A model generated the notes under the pieces. It did not search any database and had not been told where the DNA came from. It saw only the letters and a program-made list of their open reading frames with translations. A stretch of DNA of 63,919 nucleotides, filler included, from Craspedostauros australis (Eukaryota): the NCBI GenBank assembly GCA_030167865.1. It is 15 parts of 15 records of this genome, joined end to end, with 100 filler letters (N's around TTAATTAATTAA, not from the genome) between each part and the next. Parts side by side here need not be neighbours in the genome. Positions count along the whole stretch, not along the records: positions 9,035 to 13,333 come from JALAGF010005453.1; positions 13,434 to 18,758 come from JALAGF010005454.1; positions 18,859 to 21,666 come from JALAGF010005455.1; positions 21,767 to 24,081 come from JALAGF010005456.1; 11 more parts are not named here. One strand, given 5' to 3'. The position numbers were made by a program, and so were the translations under genes. Positions 12,001-24,181 of the stretch are shown piece after piece. The stretch's first letter is position 1, and each line of letters opens with the position of its first letter.

Positions 12001-13333
12001 CATCGTCCCTTCCGGATTCATCGTCGTCGTCATCGTACAATTCATTGTCCCCTTGGGTAGGGAGCAAGCCATCTTGCCCGCGAGCAGTGTCTTCTGTATC
12101 TATATCGTCTCCGGCTCTTCTGCTCTGATCAGTTCCGTCGGTCTCCATGCTTCAGATGGTATCCGATCGTCGCTCCCAAGTCACTCTTCTATCTGGGGAA
12201 ACCGTCCCCGATGTAGAGTCATCATTTCCCAGGTCTATCAGTACTGACCTGTTGGCGTTCTTAATACTCTCGAATCGCCCATTGACTGATCCATCCATGT
12301 CATGTCTCTCATGATTAGGATTCTGGTCGTTGCCAGATTCATCATGCGGTGCATACCGCTTGCGTGCGACCTATGTATCCAATCAGCATCTGTTGGATCA
12401 GGGTGGCGCTATTGTTTTCCAGCATATTGTTGATTGCGTACGCGATGCGAGCCACATCGAGTGTGCTCCGCACGCCAATCTCATGCATCATCTAGTGCAA
12501 TGCGCGTGAGTGCACGCACCTGCATGGTCAACTTTCGAAGTCATCGATCGCATCATAGTAGATCGTCGAAGACTCGAAGTGCACATCGTTGGCAAACATC
12601 ATGTTGCTCAACGGATATCGAACCGAGAGGTAGATCGGATCTGCGTCCATGAGCAGTCCTCTGCACTCCTCCCTTTCCGCTTTGGTCCATGGGATCGCTC
12701 CTCTTGGACCGTCCGGAATCTGAATAGAGAATGGGATCCCTGGGTAGTCCATGCACTATGCATTCAATGGTCCGTGCTTAAAGCGTAACAGACATCGCGC
12801 AGTGTTCATGTTGCAAGGCGACGCCTCATCGATCTTCCTGTCGAGGAAGCTCCGAATTAGAGTGAGATAACATACCGGCTCTTGGGTGGCTCGGTCAGTC
12901 TCCTCGTCCACGTCCATTCCATTCATTTCCGTTTCGTTCTCGTCTGCGCCAACTTTACTTGATACGCCTTCATAGTACTTGGCATCCTCTTTGTTGTCGT
13001 TGCTGTTGCCGTCTTCCTCTTCATCCTCAGATGGAAAGAGTTCTTGGTCGATCAACTCCTCGTGGTCGTTTGCAGACCCGTAGTAGCCATGCACTCCCGA
13101 AGTGTACTCGGCTGTCTCCTCCCTGGTCCACTCGTAGTTGTTGACTGGTGTTCTGCTGTTGAACTCGGAGATGCCGTCGTTGTCGAATGTTGCGAGAGCA
13201 ACGTTGATCAAGATCGCGTGGTCGTCGCGCATCATCGCGTGGTTTCCTGTGGTCACATTGTTGTTTTGTTGTTCGCGATTTCGGTGATGGCCACTAATTT
13301 CGCGTTGGTCATCGCGCATCATCGCGTGGTTTC
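9035..13333 (-). mobile_element. Degenerate, internally rearranged Ty1/copia element (acidic linker + RT; no PR/INT seen)
   Basis: RT motifs across frames (KWVFK, RLVACGY, AFLHGDL, GTYIDD, 'RYRSGVGMLLY...HSQPDIA') at 9035-9960. Upstream are repeated pre-RT linker copies ('PVARMP...', 'GPNF') and many stops. Confidence 0.9.
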
Positions 13334-13433
13334 NNNNNNNNNNNNNNNNNNNNNNNNNNNNNNNNNNNNNNNNNNNNTTAATTAATTAANNNNNNNNNNN
13401 NNNNNNNNNNNNNNNNNNNNNNNNNNNNNNNNN

Positions 13434-13776
13434 CGTTCAGGTCCACGATGACCAGTACTGCCATAATTCTGAAGCTGTGCAATTGAGGACCTCTTATTCA
13501 GATCTATTGGATGAACCAATATATCTGAATTGCAAGGTGTCAACAAGATGGTGTGGAATTGAGGAATCAATATATCTGAATTGCGAGTCAGTCTGTGAGA
13601 CGAGAAAGCGATCCCGCATGGGAGTTGCGGCAATTGCGGATATCAAGACATTACGATTCATCACACACGAAGAGTCTCGTGACTGCATCAGTATTCGTCC
13701 TGTGGTACACGAATACCACACGACTCATTCGAATGCTACCAAGACGAGTGTAGTTGGAGTGCTCGATGTGTTATTA
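13434..13776 (+). repeat. Dispersed repeat E, copy 1
   Basis: Near-identical to 19324-19666 on a different scaffold. Confidence 0.9.
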
Positions 13777-13929
13777 CGTTTTGGCTGATGTGTCATGAAT
13801 GCACGAGTAAGAGTAGGGGTCGAAAACGGTTAATTACAGGTAGACGGATCTCGTCTGCTCGAGGGTTCCCTTCCTCTTGGCTGGTGCTGCTGGCGTGGCA
13901 TCATGGAATAGAATATCGTATAGTATCGT

Positions 13930-15108
13930 TTACACTCTGGCCGCGAGGAATTCCTGGACTGCACCAGCATCGCAGCGGTAAAAGAAGCTGAAGTCCATCA
14001 AGTAGGTGGACAGCAACTGGAGCAGTCCATGGCACATGTAGATTGTGAAAGAGATCTGGACGCTGCGGACCTTGTTATCACCGACTCTCATCTCCTTTGG
14101 AAGTGTTGCGTAGATGAATCCGCAAGCTGGAATGTAGATTAGGGCGTTATAGTTGCCGGCCAGGTGTTGGGCATACACCGACAAGATATCATCTTTGTAC
14201 ATCGGGCATCCTGTCAACTTGAAGCAGAGGCGAAAAAGCCAGCGGATCAACCCCGTGCTGAAAACAGTCGTGTTCAACATGGTCATGTACAGCACATGAA
14301 GGCGGTGCCGGATGTCTGCCTTGGGGAAGCGCTTCTTGTCGTAGATGCATCGGCCGAACCACCAGAACATGCCGATGATAGCAGGTGTGGAGAGCGCAGC
14401 AATCATTGGCAAGGCCATCGCAGACCATTGTAAGATTGTGGGATCCGCCGCTGTATCCGGCCAATGCCCTTGAGCGAGGGCGATGAGCTTGCTTGGGACG
14501 AAAGCACGGCCTGCGTTGACAGACAGCTCGACGATGATGAAGGGCAAATGGATGTTCATGGCAAGCCAACCGAGCGCCTTGTGGAGGCGAATGGATCTGA
14601 AGCAAATCGAGAGGATCATGGCGAAGGAGCAAAGCACCCAGGCGAACATCGACACGAGGTGGACGTTCTCGATGATAAAGCGGTGCGCTTCGTCGGGTGC
14701 AGATCCGGCCCAGCTCAGTTTGTACATCATGAACGCCGCGAAGGGCACCGTGGCGATGGTGCTCGCAAGGAGGTTCGCGTACGCGATGGTTCGGGAGGAT
14801 ACCTGGAATGTGACGTTGTGGTATGTGTATAGCGACACCGCAGTCGCCAATATGGTGCCAACTAGCCACCATGAGGACGACAGGACGGGCACGAACATGC
14901 GCGCGGCAGCCTCTGCCGCTATTGGAGACATAGCGGTTGCCGCGGTCTTCGATGCGTTGGCGAAGGTCCCAGTGTAGTTCATGGTGGCATAGGTGGAGTA
15001 GGTGGAATTCATCCCCTTCTCGATCTCCGAGAAGTACCGCAGGTGGGTTGCATTGAGCATGCCCGATCCGGCATCGTGATAAGTGAATGTGTTTTTGAGT
15101 TGCTCCAT
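13930..15108 (-). CDS. Multi-pass membrane protein of unknown function (possibly DUF2306-like), ~392 aa
   Basis: Intact ORF with about 8 hydrophobic segments and His motifs 'IRLHKALGW' and 'DIRHRLHV'. Likely start is MEQLKN at 15108. Confidence 0.7.
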   Translation of the reverse strand: MEQLKNTFTYHDAGSGMLNATHLRYFSEIEKGMNSTYSTYATMNYTGTFANASKTAATAMSPIAAEAAARMFVPVLSSSWWLVGTILATAVSLYTYHNVTFQVSSRTIAYANLLASTIATVPFAAFMMYKLSWAGSAPDEAHRFIIENVHLVSMFAWVLCSFAMILSICFRSIRLHKALGWLAMNIHLPFIIVELSVNAGRAFVPSKLIALAQGHWPDTAADPTILQWSAMALPMIAALSTPAIIGMFWWFGRCIYDKKRFPKADIRHRLHVLYMTMLNTTVFSTGLIRWLFRLCFKLTGCPMYKDDILSVYAQHLAGNYNALIYIPACGFIYATLPKEMRVGDNKVRSVQISFTIYMCHGLLQLLSTYLMDFSFFYRCDAGAVQEFLAARV

Positions 15109-16887
15109 CGTGGCGTATTCTGTGGAGATGAGAAAGAGAGTGAAGACAGCGAGGAGACGTGAAGTGCGGGCATCAAATGGAAGGTGAGGATTATGACAGC
15201 ATTGTTTTGTAGCAATATTAGCAGTAACATAATAGTAGAATCGCATTATATTATACCAAAGTTGAAGCAATATCAGGAACGAGAATAGATGCCAGGGATC
15301 TTTCGTACTGTCACTTCAATTTTCACTCACATATGTGCTTGCGTTTGGCTATGCCTGTGTCTGCTATGTGTATTAGTATGGTTCGAGATCTTGTTGATGT
15401 AACGTGGTCTAGGTACGAGTCGGTTGACGTTGGGATTGGCTCGAGATTTGCAAATTGTGAGCAATTCATCTCGCTCTTTCTTGCGATGTGGCAAATCGAT
15501 CGGCACCGCCACATTCGCTGGTGCTTTTGACATCGATGCTCTTGGACAACGCACTTTTCCCACGATGGCACCCTGTTTGCAACTATTCGAATCATCAAGT
15601 TTGCGCAGAATTTATCGGATGTCACGAGACAGGAAGAGAGAGAAAGCGGAAGAAGGAGATAGAGAAGGAAGAGTGTAATCAAGAGGCCGGATCTTGATGC
15701 AAAAAGGAAGAGAGTGCGATTATAAATAACTCAATGATATCCATAGGCTGCGATGGAGAATATCGAGGTAGCACTCGTATGAGCGACAAGGAATAGGCGG
15801 CACACGCATGAGTGCGATGTGGAATCAAGCTTTTCGAATGTTGTGCGATGACTGTTTTTCAATTTTCTCCGATTTGGAATTTGCGATCCTGGCATCGCAC
15901 ATCGCACATCGCCAGGACTGCTTTCGGAACAATCTCTCTGTCCCGAACTTTGGGAAATCTGCATACTAGTAGGAATGATCGCTAACATCTATGTCGAAGT
16001 GGGATGATTGTATACGAAACAGGGACAAGTTCGAACTCACAAAGGGGTTTCGACAAAGGGTTTCGACAAAGAGGCGTGCTGTTTGATCCGCACAAGACCA
16101 AAGAGAAGTCGACGGCGATCCCAGTAGTCGCAAGTGTTAGAGGATCGCCGCAGTTGCTAGCGCGATCCATCCAACTACATATATGGAAGTAAGAATGGAG
16201 ACGACCCGACAAGTTGCCCTCGAAGGTGCCTATTCCAAGCGCATTTCACTCTCAATATCGTTCCCCATCGCACGTGCACAACCCGAACCTCGGAATGATC
16301 GCCCCACTCGAAACTTGTGATTCGAAGGTCATTTGATTCTACCTTCAGCGCTCGTCAGGATCGCCTCGCCGATTGGGACGATCGGCGATGATTCGACTGC
16401 CAAGGGATCGTTGAATTTCATGACAGCGGGCGATGAACGCAACGACATCGTTCACTAGCACCATCCTATCATACCACCACCATAGGTAGGTACCATAGGG
16501 GACTGCTCCGAACAATGCAGTTGAACGCACAGCGCGCGTCTGGGAAGGACTGCAAGCGCGATGCTGTGTGGCACCAGCGTCCTCTGATTGGTGCTTTCGG
16601 TTTCGCAGACAATGGGGCGGTAGGCTCGACCCGGTTACGCAAGGACGAAGAGAGCGGTAGGTCTACAGATGGAACGGTACTGTCAATTGTTGCGCAATAT
16701 AGCTCTCCAATACTCTACTATCGCACATTGCATCACTACCGACGAGGTCACACAAATATGTCGACGTGCGTCGCCGTCACTTCGTGCGACGTGTGTGGTC
16801 TGCGCTGATGATCACGACCGGGAAGCGAAGCGGTGCGAAATCGAACAAGAACACAAGAATTATGTTTTGTTTTGCCGTATTTCAAAG

Positions 16888-16895
16888 TATAAAAA
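16888..16895 (+). promoter_or_regulatory. TATA box upstream of the permuted tRNA
   Basis: TATAAAAA lies 30 nt upstream of A16918, the first base of the leader helix of the predicted precursor. Confidence 0.7.
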
Positions 16896-16927
16896 TTCTA
16901 TTTGGAGGCAGCTTTGTAGGAATGGTT

Positions 16928-17005
16928 ATCAGAAGATTCCGGGTTCGAATCCCGGGCAGGTTTGCGGAAGACCTGTTGGCCCAACGGCAAGGCGTCTGAC
17001 TACGA
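16928..17005 (+). tRNA. Circularly permuted tRNA-Arg(ACG): 3' half 16928-16963, 6-nt spacer, 5' half 16970-17005
   Basis: Rejoined halves: GACCTGT TG GCCC AACGGCA AGGC G TCTGA CTACGA|A TCAGA AGATT CCGGG TTCGAAT CCCGG GCAGGTT T. The acceptor stem pairs 7/7 (two G-U), the anticodon and T stems pair 5/5, the anticodon is ACG and the split is at 37/38. Confidence 0.9.
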
Positions 17006-17008
17006 CTC

Positions 17009-17015
17009 TTTTTTT
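17009..17015 (+). terminator. RNA polymerase III oligo-T terminator
   Basis: T7 run starting 4 nt after the end of the tRNA 5' half. Confidence 0.8.
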
Positions 17016-17822
17016 GCTCCAGCAGTGCTCAGTTTCGTTTTTGGTATTGGTGTGCCACGGGAGCTGTGCTGTTGCCTGTTTGCATGTTGCGAAGGCGCAC
17101 AATCATTGACATGGTCCTATACGAACTTATACACTTCAGAGAGTAGGTATGAAACCATTCCGACCATCCGAGGAATTCGTTCCATGCAATTGTTGCATCG
17201 GTCCCCACAAATCATTTCGTTACATCAGCGCGCATAAGGCAACAATGAAAGATGACACTTTCGCTATGACATGAACCCATCTTGGCGTCCCTTGGAAATC
17301 TAGTGTTTTCTGGCACACGAAGAGTACTGCATCCTCCACCCCCACTCTCCCCGATGTAGCTGTGTATCGTCGTCCTACGTATCATACTAGTACTAGTACT
17401 CGTACCGTTGTCTCGTTGATGTGGGCATATCCATGAGGACAGATTCTGTCTGGGGAGACCAAAAATGGCCATTTTGGGCTCAGGAGACAAAGTTACCCGG
17501 AGGTTCGCCAAAATCCGGTCTGAGGAGACAATTTTCAGTTCCACGTGATAAATCTCCACNATAGGATTTTNCGGTCGAATACTTCGACTAAAAGAAACTC
17601 TNCCAGCTCTTCGTTCTGACATCTTCTCCTCCAAGATTTTCTTCATCGTCATTGTTTCTTCGCTTTCCTCCAGATGGCAACAACCCTCTCTCTCCAACCT
17701 CCTTGCCTGCTGTGGTTCATTTCATTCCATCACCAACCTCGCACCTCCTTGCTTGTCATTCGCAGCATCTCCCATACTGCCTTCTCCTTCCAGCTTGCCT
17801 TCTTCGATACGTCACCTTCATC

Positions 17823-18758
17823 ATGGCATCTTCTCTTCCACCTGATTCTCCCAATGCCAATGACAACTTGCCCACAGCTTCCACTCCAGTTGCAACAACC
17901 GGCCATCGCAATGTCTCTCCATCCAAGCAGCTTCATCCCTTTGGACAAGTTTTGGATGATGGAATGGGTGATGCAGGCAAGCACACCCATGAAGAAGAAG
18001 GAGATGGCATCTGTGTCAACAGTGATGACAAGGGTGTGGTGCCAACATTGGTGCTTCGAAATCCGGTTGGTGATTTTGGAGTCCAACCGTGCTCACTTCC
18101 TGGTTACAGCTATCGCAGCGTCCTCCCTCCCAAGAAGGGGAGTAGGGAGATCTCTGTGGAGTGGAAGGTGCTCTCGGCCTACGAGCATGCAACAAAAGTG
18201 ACTGTTGGAGAAGCCCACAAGCTTGCTCTCCTCCATGCAAAGGAAGAGACTCGTTCACTGTGAGCAGCTGTCTTGCAACGCTTCCCCAAGACTCCTCCTG
18301 GGTCTCCACCATACGTGCCAACACCCCACGACTTGATCCAAGATGTGCTGGGCCCCACATCTCCCATTTTCATCTGTGCATTTGGCCCAAATGGGCTGGT
18401 TTTCTCATATGCTGAGTACATGGAGTTCCTCTATGCCATCACATCACAGATGGTGGAAGGCTGCACCATTCGTCGGCTCTATGATGGCGGCAACGCTGCC
18501 ACGCTTCCCAGCTTTCCCACCAGACAGCAGTACGTCAATCTCTGGGATCGTATTCGACGCAATGGAAACTCTGTCTCTCGGAATGGCCATCGCTTTGTTT
18601 GGACCGAATTCGAAAGGGCTTTCAACATGACGCTTGAGATTCTTTGTCTTCGTCATCGTTGCCCGAATCGGATCGTCACATTGGATGATGACAAGGTTCA
18701 TTTCAGCAGCCGTGCAGAGACCAGCTATCTGCTTGGCATGAGACATACTCATGCAAAT
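17823..18758 (+). pseudogene. Possible piggyBac-like transposase N-terminal fragment
   Basis: One reading frame with a single TGA at 18261. Ends in 'WTEFERAFN...IVTLDDDKVHF', resembling the first catalytic-Asp region of piggyBac-type DDD enzymes. Truncated by the scaffold end. Confidence 0.4.
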
Positions 18759-19323
18759 NNNNNNNNNNNNNNNNNNNNNNNNNNNNNNNNNNNNNNNNNN
18801 NNTTAATTAATTAANNNNNNNNNNNNNNNNNNNNNNNNNNNNNNNNNNNNNNNNNNNNTCAACGAGTTTCTGAATGGTTGTGTTCAGAGTAGAGCATGGA
18901 TTGCCACACACAAGAAACCAACGCTCTTCCTCGTTGCCAACAACGCGAGTACGCCACGTATCAAAGTGCTCAATTTTTGGCATTATCGTCCGTATTTGAT
19001 AGAACAGAATACAATAATAGGGTACTTACTCCAAATAAAGATTGATCAGATCCGACAATGAAGTATGTAGATTGTATTGTAATTTGTTGTGCTCAAGTAA
19101 TTTGATTGTAATGTTATCGAAGAAAGCTGGCCCAATTCTGATCTGTTGAAGTCAGAATTGTGAGCATGAAGAGTGCAATGCAAGATGATGATGATGATGA
19201 AATGAGATTGCACAAGTTGCACACAGCAATACTGCTGTAAAATGATGCCTTGCACTGTTGTATTCACATGTGGGAGGACATGTATGTTTGCAAGCACAGA
19301 GGTGAAGACAAGATCAGATGGCA

Positions 19324-19666
19324 CGTTCAGGTCCACGATGACCAGTACTGCCATAATTCTGAAGCTGTGCAATTGAGGACCTCTTATTCAGATCTATTGG
19401 ATGAACCAATATATCTGAATTGCAAGGTGTCAACAAGATGGTGTGGAATTGAGGAATCAATATATCTGAATTGCGAGTCAGTCTGTGAGACGAGAAAGCG
19501 ATCCCACATGGGGGTTGCGGCAATTTTGGATATTAAGGCATTACGATTCATCACACACGAAGAGTCTCGTGACTGCATCAGTATCCGTCCTGTGGTACAC
19601 GAATACTACACGACTCATTTGAATACTATCAAGACGAGTGTAGTTGGAGTGTTCGATGTGTTATTG
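19324..19666 (+). repeat. Dispersed repeat E, copy 2
   Basis: Near-identical to 13434-13776. Confidence 0.9.
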
Positions 19667-21767
19667 CAACAGCATGAGCGCTGTGTTTGTGTCGAGATCG
19701 GCAGCAACAGTTCAACGGTCGCTCATTGGTGCATACGTGGTTGTGGCCAGAGAATGTATGTGGAACCAACTGCAATTTTTATTCTGGCGAAAGAGTGAGT
19801 GTGACGCGGCGCCAACACAACGAGAGAGCAAGCGCAAGCGCAAGAGAGAGAGCGAGAGAGAGAGCAACGAGTGCTAGACCAATCCGTCTATCCATTCATT
19901 CTCTATTGAATGTTACTTTTTATTCTCATCGATTGTCACCTCGATTTCTCATCATTTGCATTGGCATCGTGAGAGACGATCGAGTGTGTATCATGATTGC
20001 TTCCCTGGTGGCCGAACGCAAAACGGTAGAATATACTCGATCTGTTCTTCGTTGGCTGCCGTTTGGAGTTGTGTTGGCTGTCGGCGCCGATCGTCTCAGA
20101 TGCGACGATTGAAGCATCCGCAGTGAATGGGCAAGAGTACAGTTGTTGGGTGTGTCGTGTGTGATGTGTGATGTGAGTTCGCTGGGGGCGGACATTCTGT
20201 TCTGCCTGTTGCTTTTGATTGGTGCGTCGGAGATTGGGTGGCTGGTCCATGAATCTGTCATTTGTGATCNCNTCGTGTNGTTTTCTTGATTTTCGGANAT
20301 ACTTTGGTTCTTCGTTGTTCGTTTGTTAAATGTAGTTTGTCCTTGTGAGCAACAAACGACATTTACACTGAACCATTGATGATTCCCATCCAATCAGATT
20401 CGACCGAGGTGCGCCAATTTCACACCCACATTTTCGATCAAGACAACAAAACTGGATCGGGCATCGACCATGGCATGCAGTCTATTGTCGAGTATGAGAC
20501 AAGTAGACGACGCCAAGTCGATCTTCGAACCATGATGGAACCGCAAAAGCGCAGCGCTCACAATGGTGCAGGANCGCGTCNGTGGTTCCACATATTTCNG
20601 GAGCCGCTGCAATTTGTCCACTGCCGTCGCTGATCGTCAATTCTGTTGGTTGAGTCGTTGGCCTCGTGATGCCAAGCGGTAGGAAATCATGCCCCGCACC
20701 ATCTCCAGCATCCGGGCCATCCGCAAACCTGCGTAACCATCTGTATCAATTCCATGTGCATCTCCTTCCATTCGTGGAATTCGAAAAGGCCAACACCATA
20801 CGGATCCGCGAGCAATTGAAAGTCAACACACAGTCTGCCAGAGTCCGGAGCCCTCGCAAGAGGATTGCGAGCAACATCAATTCGGAGCGTGTAGATCGCT
20901 CAGTCACAACCTCCCCTTTCCCATCAGCCGGACACCATACAGTATTGAGGAATATGAATGGTTGATGCAACTGGAATGGCATAGACTCACCCGAATTGCG
21001 GCATTCGTGCATGACACTGACGATGCCCTCCAGAAGGTGCATGTTGACGGAGAGGAATTTGCATGGGTATGGATTTGGTCGGATAGAAATAGCACCAGAC
21101 GGAATTGTGAAATAAAAATTGGACGACTACAAAGTAAACAATGAGGTGGAGGGGACGAGAGTGGTCCGTCCCTCCAGACGTCGACACTGATAGAATGCGT
21201 GATGGAAACGTTCAGGTGAGGGTGCAAAAATGTGAGTGCGAAGAATAACACGGGGTCCCGACATAGGTATGCTTTTGTTGGCATAGGAATAGCACCAGGC
21301 AGAATTGCGAAATGAAATTGGACGACTACAAAGTAGACGACAAGGCGAAGAAGACGATGGCAGTCCGGGCATGTGGCTGTCGAAACNGATGGAGTCCGTG
21401 AACGCAGCGGAAAGGGGAAGATATTGCAACTTTATCGTGAGAAATAACACGAGAGAAAACGAGAATCCGGCAACACATCGCGCCGAACTAAAAATAGCAC
21501 AGGGTGAATCGCATGCATCGTATTGGTGGGTGGGTATGTCCGCAGCGTTGAAATCAAGGTATGGAGTTCATCCAACGGAGAGGATCGTGCAAAGGATGAA
21601 TGCAGTAATGTTTGCAAATGTGCTACCCACGCAACAACATCGTATACCACTATTGAAAAATTCAGTNNNNNNNNNNNNNNNNNNNNNNNNNNNNNNNNNN
21701 NNNNNNNNNNTTAATTAATTAANNNNNNNNNNNNNNNNNNNNNNNNNNNNNNNNNNNNNNNNNNNNG

Positions 21768-22823
21768 GAGTCTCACTCGCACCTTCTTCTCTCTTGATAG
21801 TTGGATTGGACAGAGGGATGTCTTTCAATTCCTCTTCCTCGCTCATTCAGTCTGCTGCTCCTGAATGATGTTTGTCTTCCTCGCACGATCCGATTCGCGG
21901 GCTCGCCCTGATCTATCGTTTATAAACGTGTTGGCAAGTTCCGCTCACGGTAACCTACGATCGTGGAAGATGGTNNNNNNNNNNNNNNNNNNNNNNNNNN
22001 NNNNNNNNNNNNNNNNNNNNNNNNNNNNNNNNNNNNNNNNNNNNNNNNNNNNNNNNNNNNNNNNNNNTCAATCTGTTTCGTAGATTCGGTCTCCGACTAT
22101 GAGTCGGTACGCGAGATCCTCTCTCGCTCCTCTCTGTATTCTCTCTCTCTCTTTCTCAACATCGTGTGCTCGTGCTACACGATACTCCGTGTTCGATGCG
22201 TACTCCGCATTCAACACTCCGTTCATTCACTGCTGGCTCCTACTCCATGAGTACTTACCATTTGAAGTTCACCTTCAGTATCCATGATCTTCATGGGTCA
22301 TCGGATCTTCACCTCCTGTTCTGACTTGGAGACAAATGTTGACGTGGTGACATGTTGACATCCTGTCGACGTCAGGAAGCGTCCTTCTGCTCTCCAGATG
22401 TCACGTTCCATTGGTGATGCAGNNNNNNNNNNNNNNNNNNNNNNNNNNNNNNNNNNNNNNNNNNNNNNNNNNNNNNNNNNNNNNNNNNNNNNNNNNATGG
22501 ACGGACGATCTTCTGATTCTCCCAGAAATCGTTATTTGCAAATTTCCTCCAGAAATCTTGCCCCTTTTTGTGTGTTCCATTTCTCCTGTAATTCTGACGA
22601 ATCACAGTATACTATCGAAACGAGTGTAGTTATACCGTCCAAGTGCGTATGAGAGAATAGCGGGTGAACGATGCACATATACACGTACATCTNNNNNNNN
22701 NNNNNNNNNNNNNNNNNNNNNNNNNNNNNNNNNNNNNNNNNNAAGTGCGTATGAGAGAATAGCGGGTGAACGATGCACATATACACGTACATCTTGACAT
22801 ATACTCACATGTACATCTCGACA
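21768..22823 (-). mobile_element. Copia family A: 5' LTR (21929-22823) plus start of internal region (21768-21928)
   Basis: TG...CA termini. 21768-21928 is the reverse complement of 56597-56755, which leads into gag. Confidence 0.92.
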
Positions 22824-23166
22824 CATATTCTGAATCCTCTTGAGCTCCTCTTTCCAATAATGTTATTGCATTTATATGTATTCTACTGTTATTAGGTTGA
22901 TATCGTCGCCTAAAGTACTCGTGAGTCAATTTCGATCTGCGGGACTGTCGCTCAATCCATTGGCGAGAGGGGAATCGCCAACACCTGAGCGTCATACCTT
23001 TGCTGTTGCGAATCGGCATGCCTCTTCCTCCCAATGCAATGCTTGCGGGTTGCGGTGCCTGCTTCTCTTACCATGCAACCAGCATCACAGCATGTGAGCA
23101 TGGCATCATGTGAGCATCGCAGCATGGCAACATCACAGGATGGCAACATCACAGGATGGAAACATC

Positions 23167-23785
23167 TGTCGAGATGTACATGTGAGTATATGTCAAGATG
23201 TACGTGTATATGTGCATCGATCACCCGTTATTCTCTCATACGCACTTGGACGGTATAACTACACTCGTGTCGATAGTATGCTGTGATTCGTCAGAATTAC
23301 AGCGGAAATGAAACACACGAAAATGAGCAAGATTTCTGGAGGAAATTTGCAAATAACGATTTCTGAGAGAATTAGAAGATCGTCCGTCCATCCATCAATG
23401 GTACCAAGAGAATCTCNAGGTACTTCCCAACTAAACCTCAGATGACGATATCATCTGACAGNCTNCTGCATCACCAATGGAACGTGACATCTGGAGAGCA
23501 GAAGGACGCTTCCTGACGTCGACAGGATGTCAACATGTCACCACGTCAACATTTGTCTCCAAGTCAGAACAGGAGGTGAAGATCCGATGACCGAAGGGCA
23601 TCAGGATCATGGATACAGAGGGTGAACTTCAAATGGCAAGTACTCATGGAGTAGGAGCCAGTACCAAATGAATGGAGTGTCGAATGCAGAGTACACATCA
23701 AACATGGAGTATCGTGTAGCACAAAGCACACGATACTGAGACAGAGAGAGAGAGAATACAGAGAGGAGTGAGAGAGCATCTCGCG
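23167..23785 (+). mobile_element. LTR-A, interrupted at 23786
   Basis: Starts TGTCGAGATGTAC and is colinear with 48058 onward until the LTR-B junction. Confidence 0.9.
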
Positions 23786-24081
23786 TGTCAGGAATCGAGG
23801 GTACGACGCTGTCGGAAAGATACCCATGATTGCCGCAACTCCCAACATTATTTGTCACACCTTTGGATATTATTCGTCACACCTTTGAATATTATCCATT
23901 CCACCCACGACACGAATCACACGGGAATGACCTCAGTCTTACCAAGAAAACAAGCCTGTCCTATGTGAACGAAGAAAAAGCCACGACATCTAAGACAATG
24001 TGAAGGAAGATGATGACCGACACATTGATGATCACCCCATCTGGAGATCATGGCACGTGTCAGCCAGGGACTAGAACAACT
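23786..24081 (+). mobile_element. LTR family B, partial, nested in LTR-A
   Basis: TGTCAGGAATCGAGGG... matches the minus-strand LTR starting at 43627. Confidence 0.85.
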
Positions 24082-24181
24082 NNNNNNNNNNNNNNNNNNN
24101 NNNNNNNNNNNNNNNNNNNNNNNNNTTAATTAATTAANNNNNNNNNNNNNNNNNNNNNNNNNNNNNNNNNNNNNNNNNNNN

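Noticed and set aside
15109..15270. N-terminal extension of the 446-aa ORF call
   Set aside because: Begins at a non-ATG codon in AT-rich UTR-like sequence. The ATG at 15108 is the more plausible start.
16928..17005. Alternative reading as remnants of two tandem tRNA-Arg genes
   Set aside because: There is no trace of the missing halves on either side. Both breaks fall at the same 37/38 position, and the flanks supply TATA, BHB-like pairing and a terminator.
20376..21666. Possible LRR-like pseudogene ('EIGRLQS' twice)
   Set aside because: Explained by a short internal duplication. Frames are fragmented and there is no sustained LRR periodicity.
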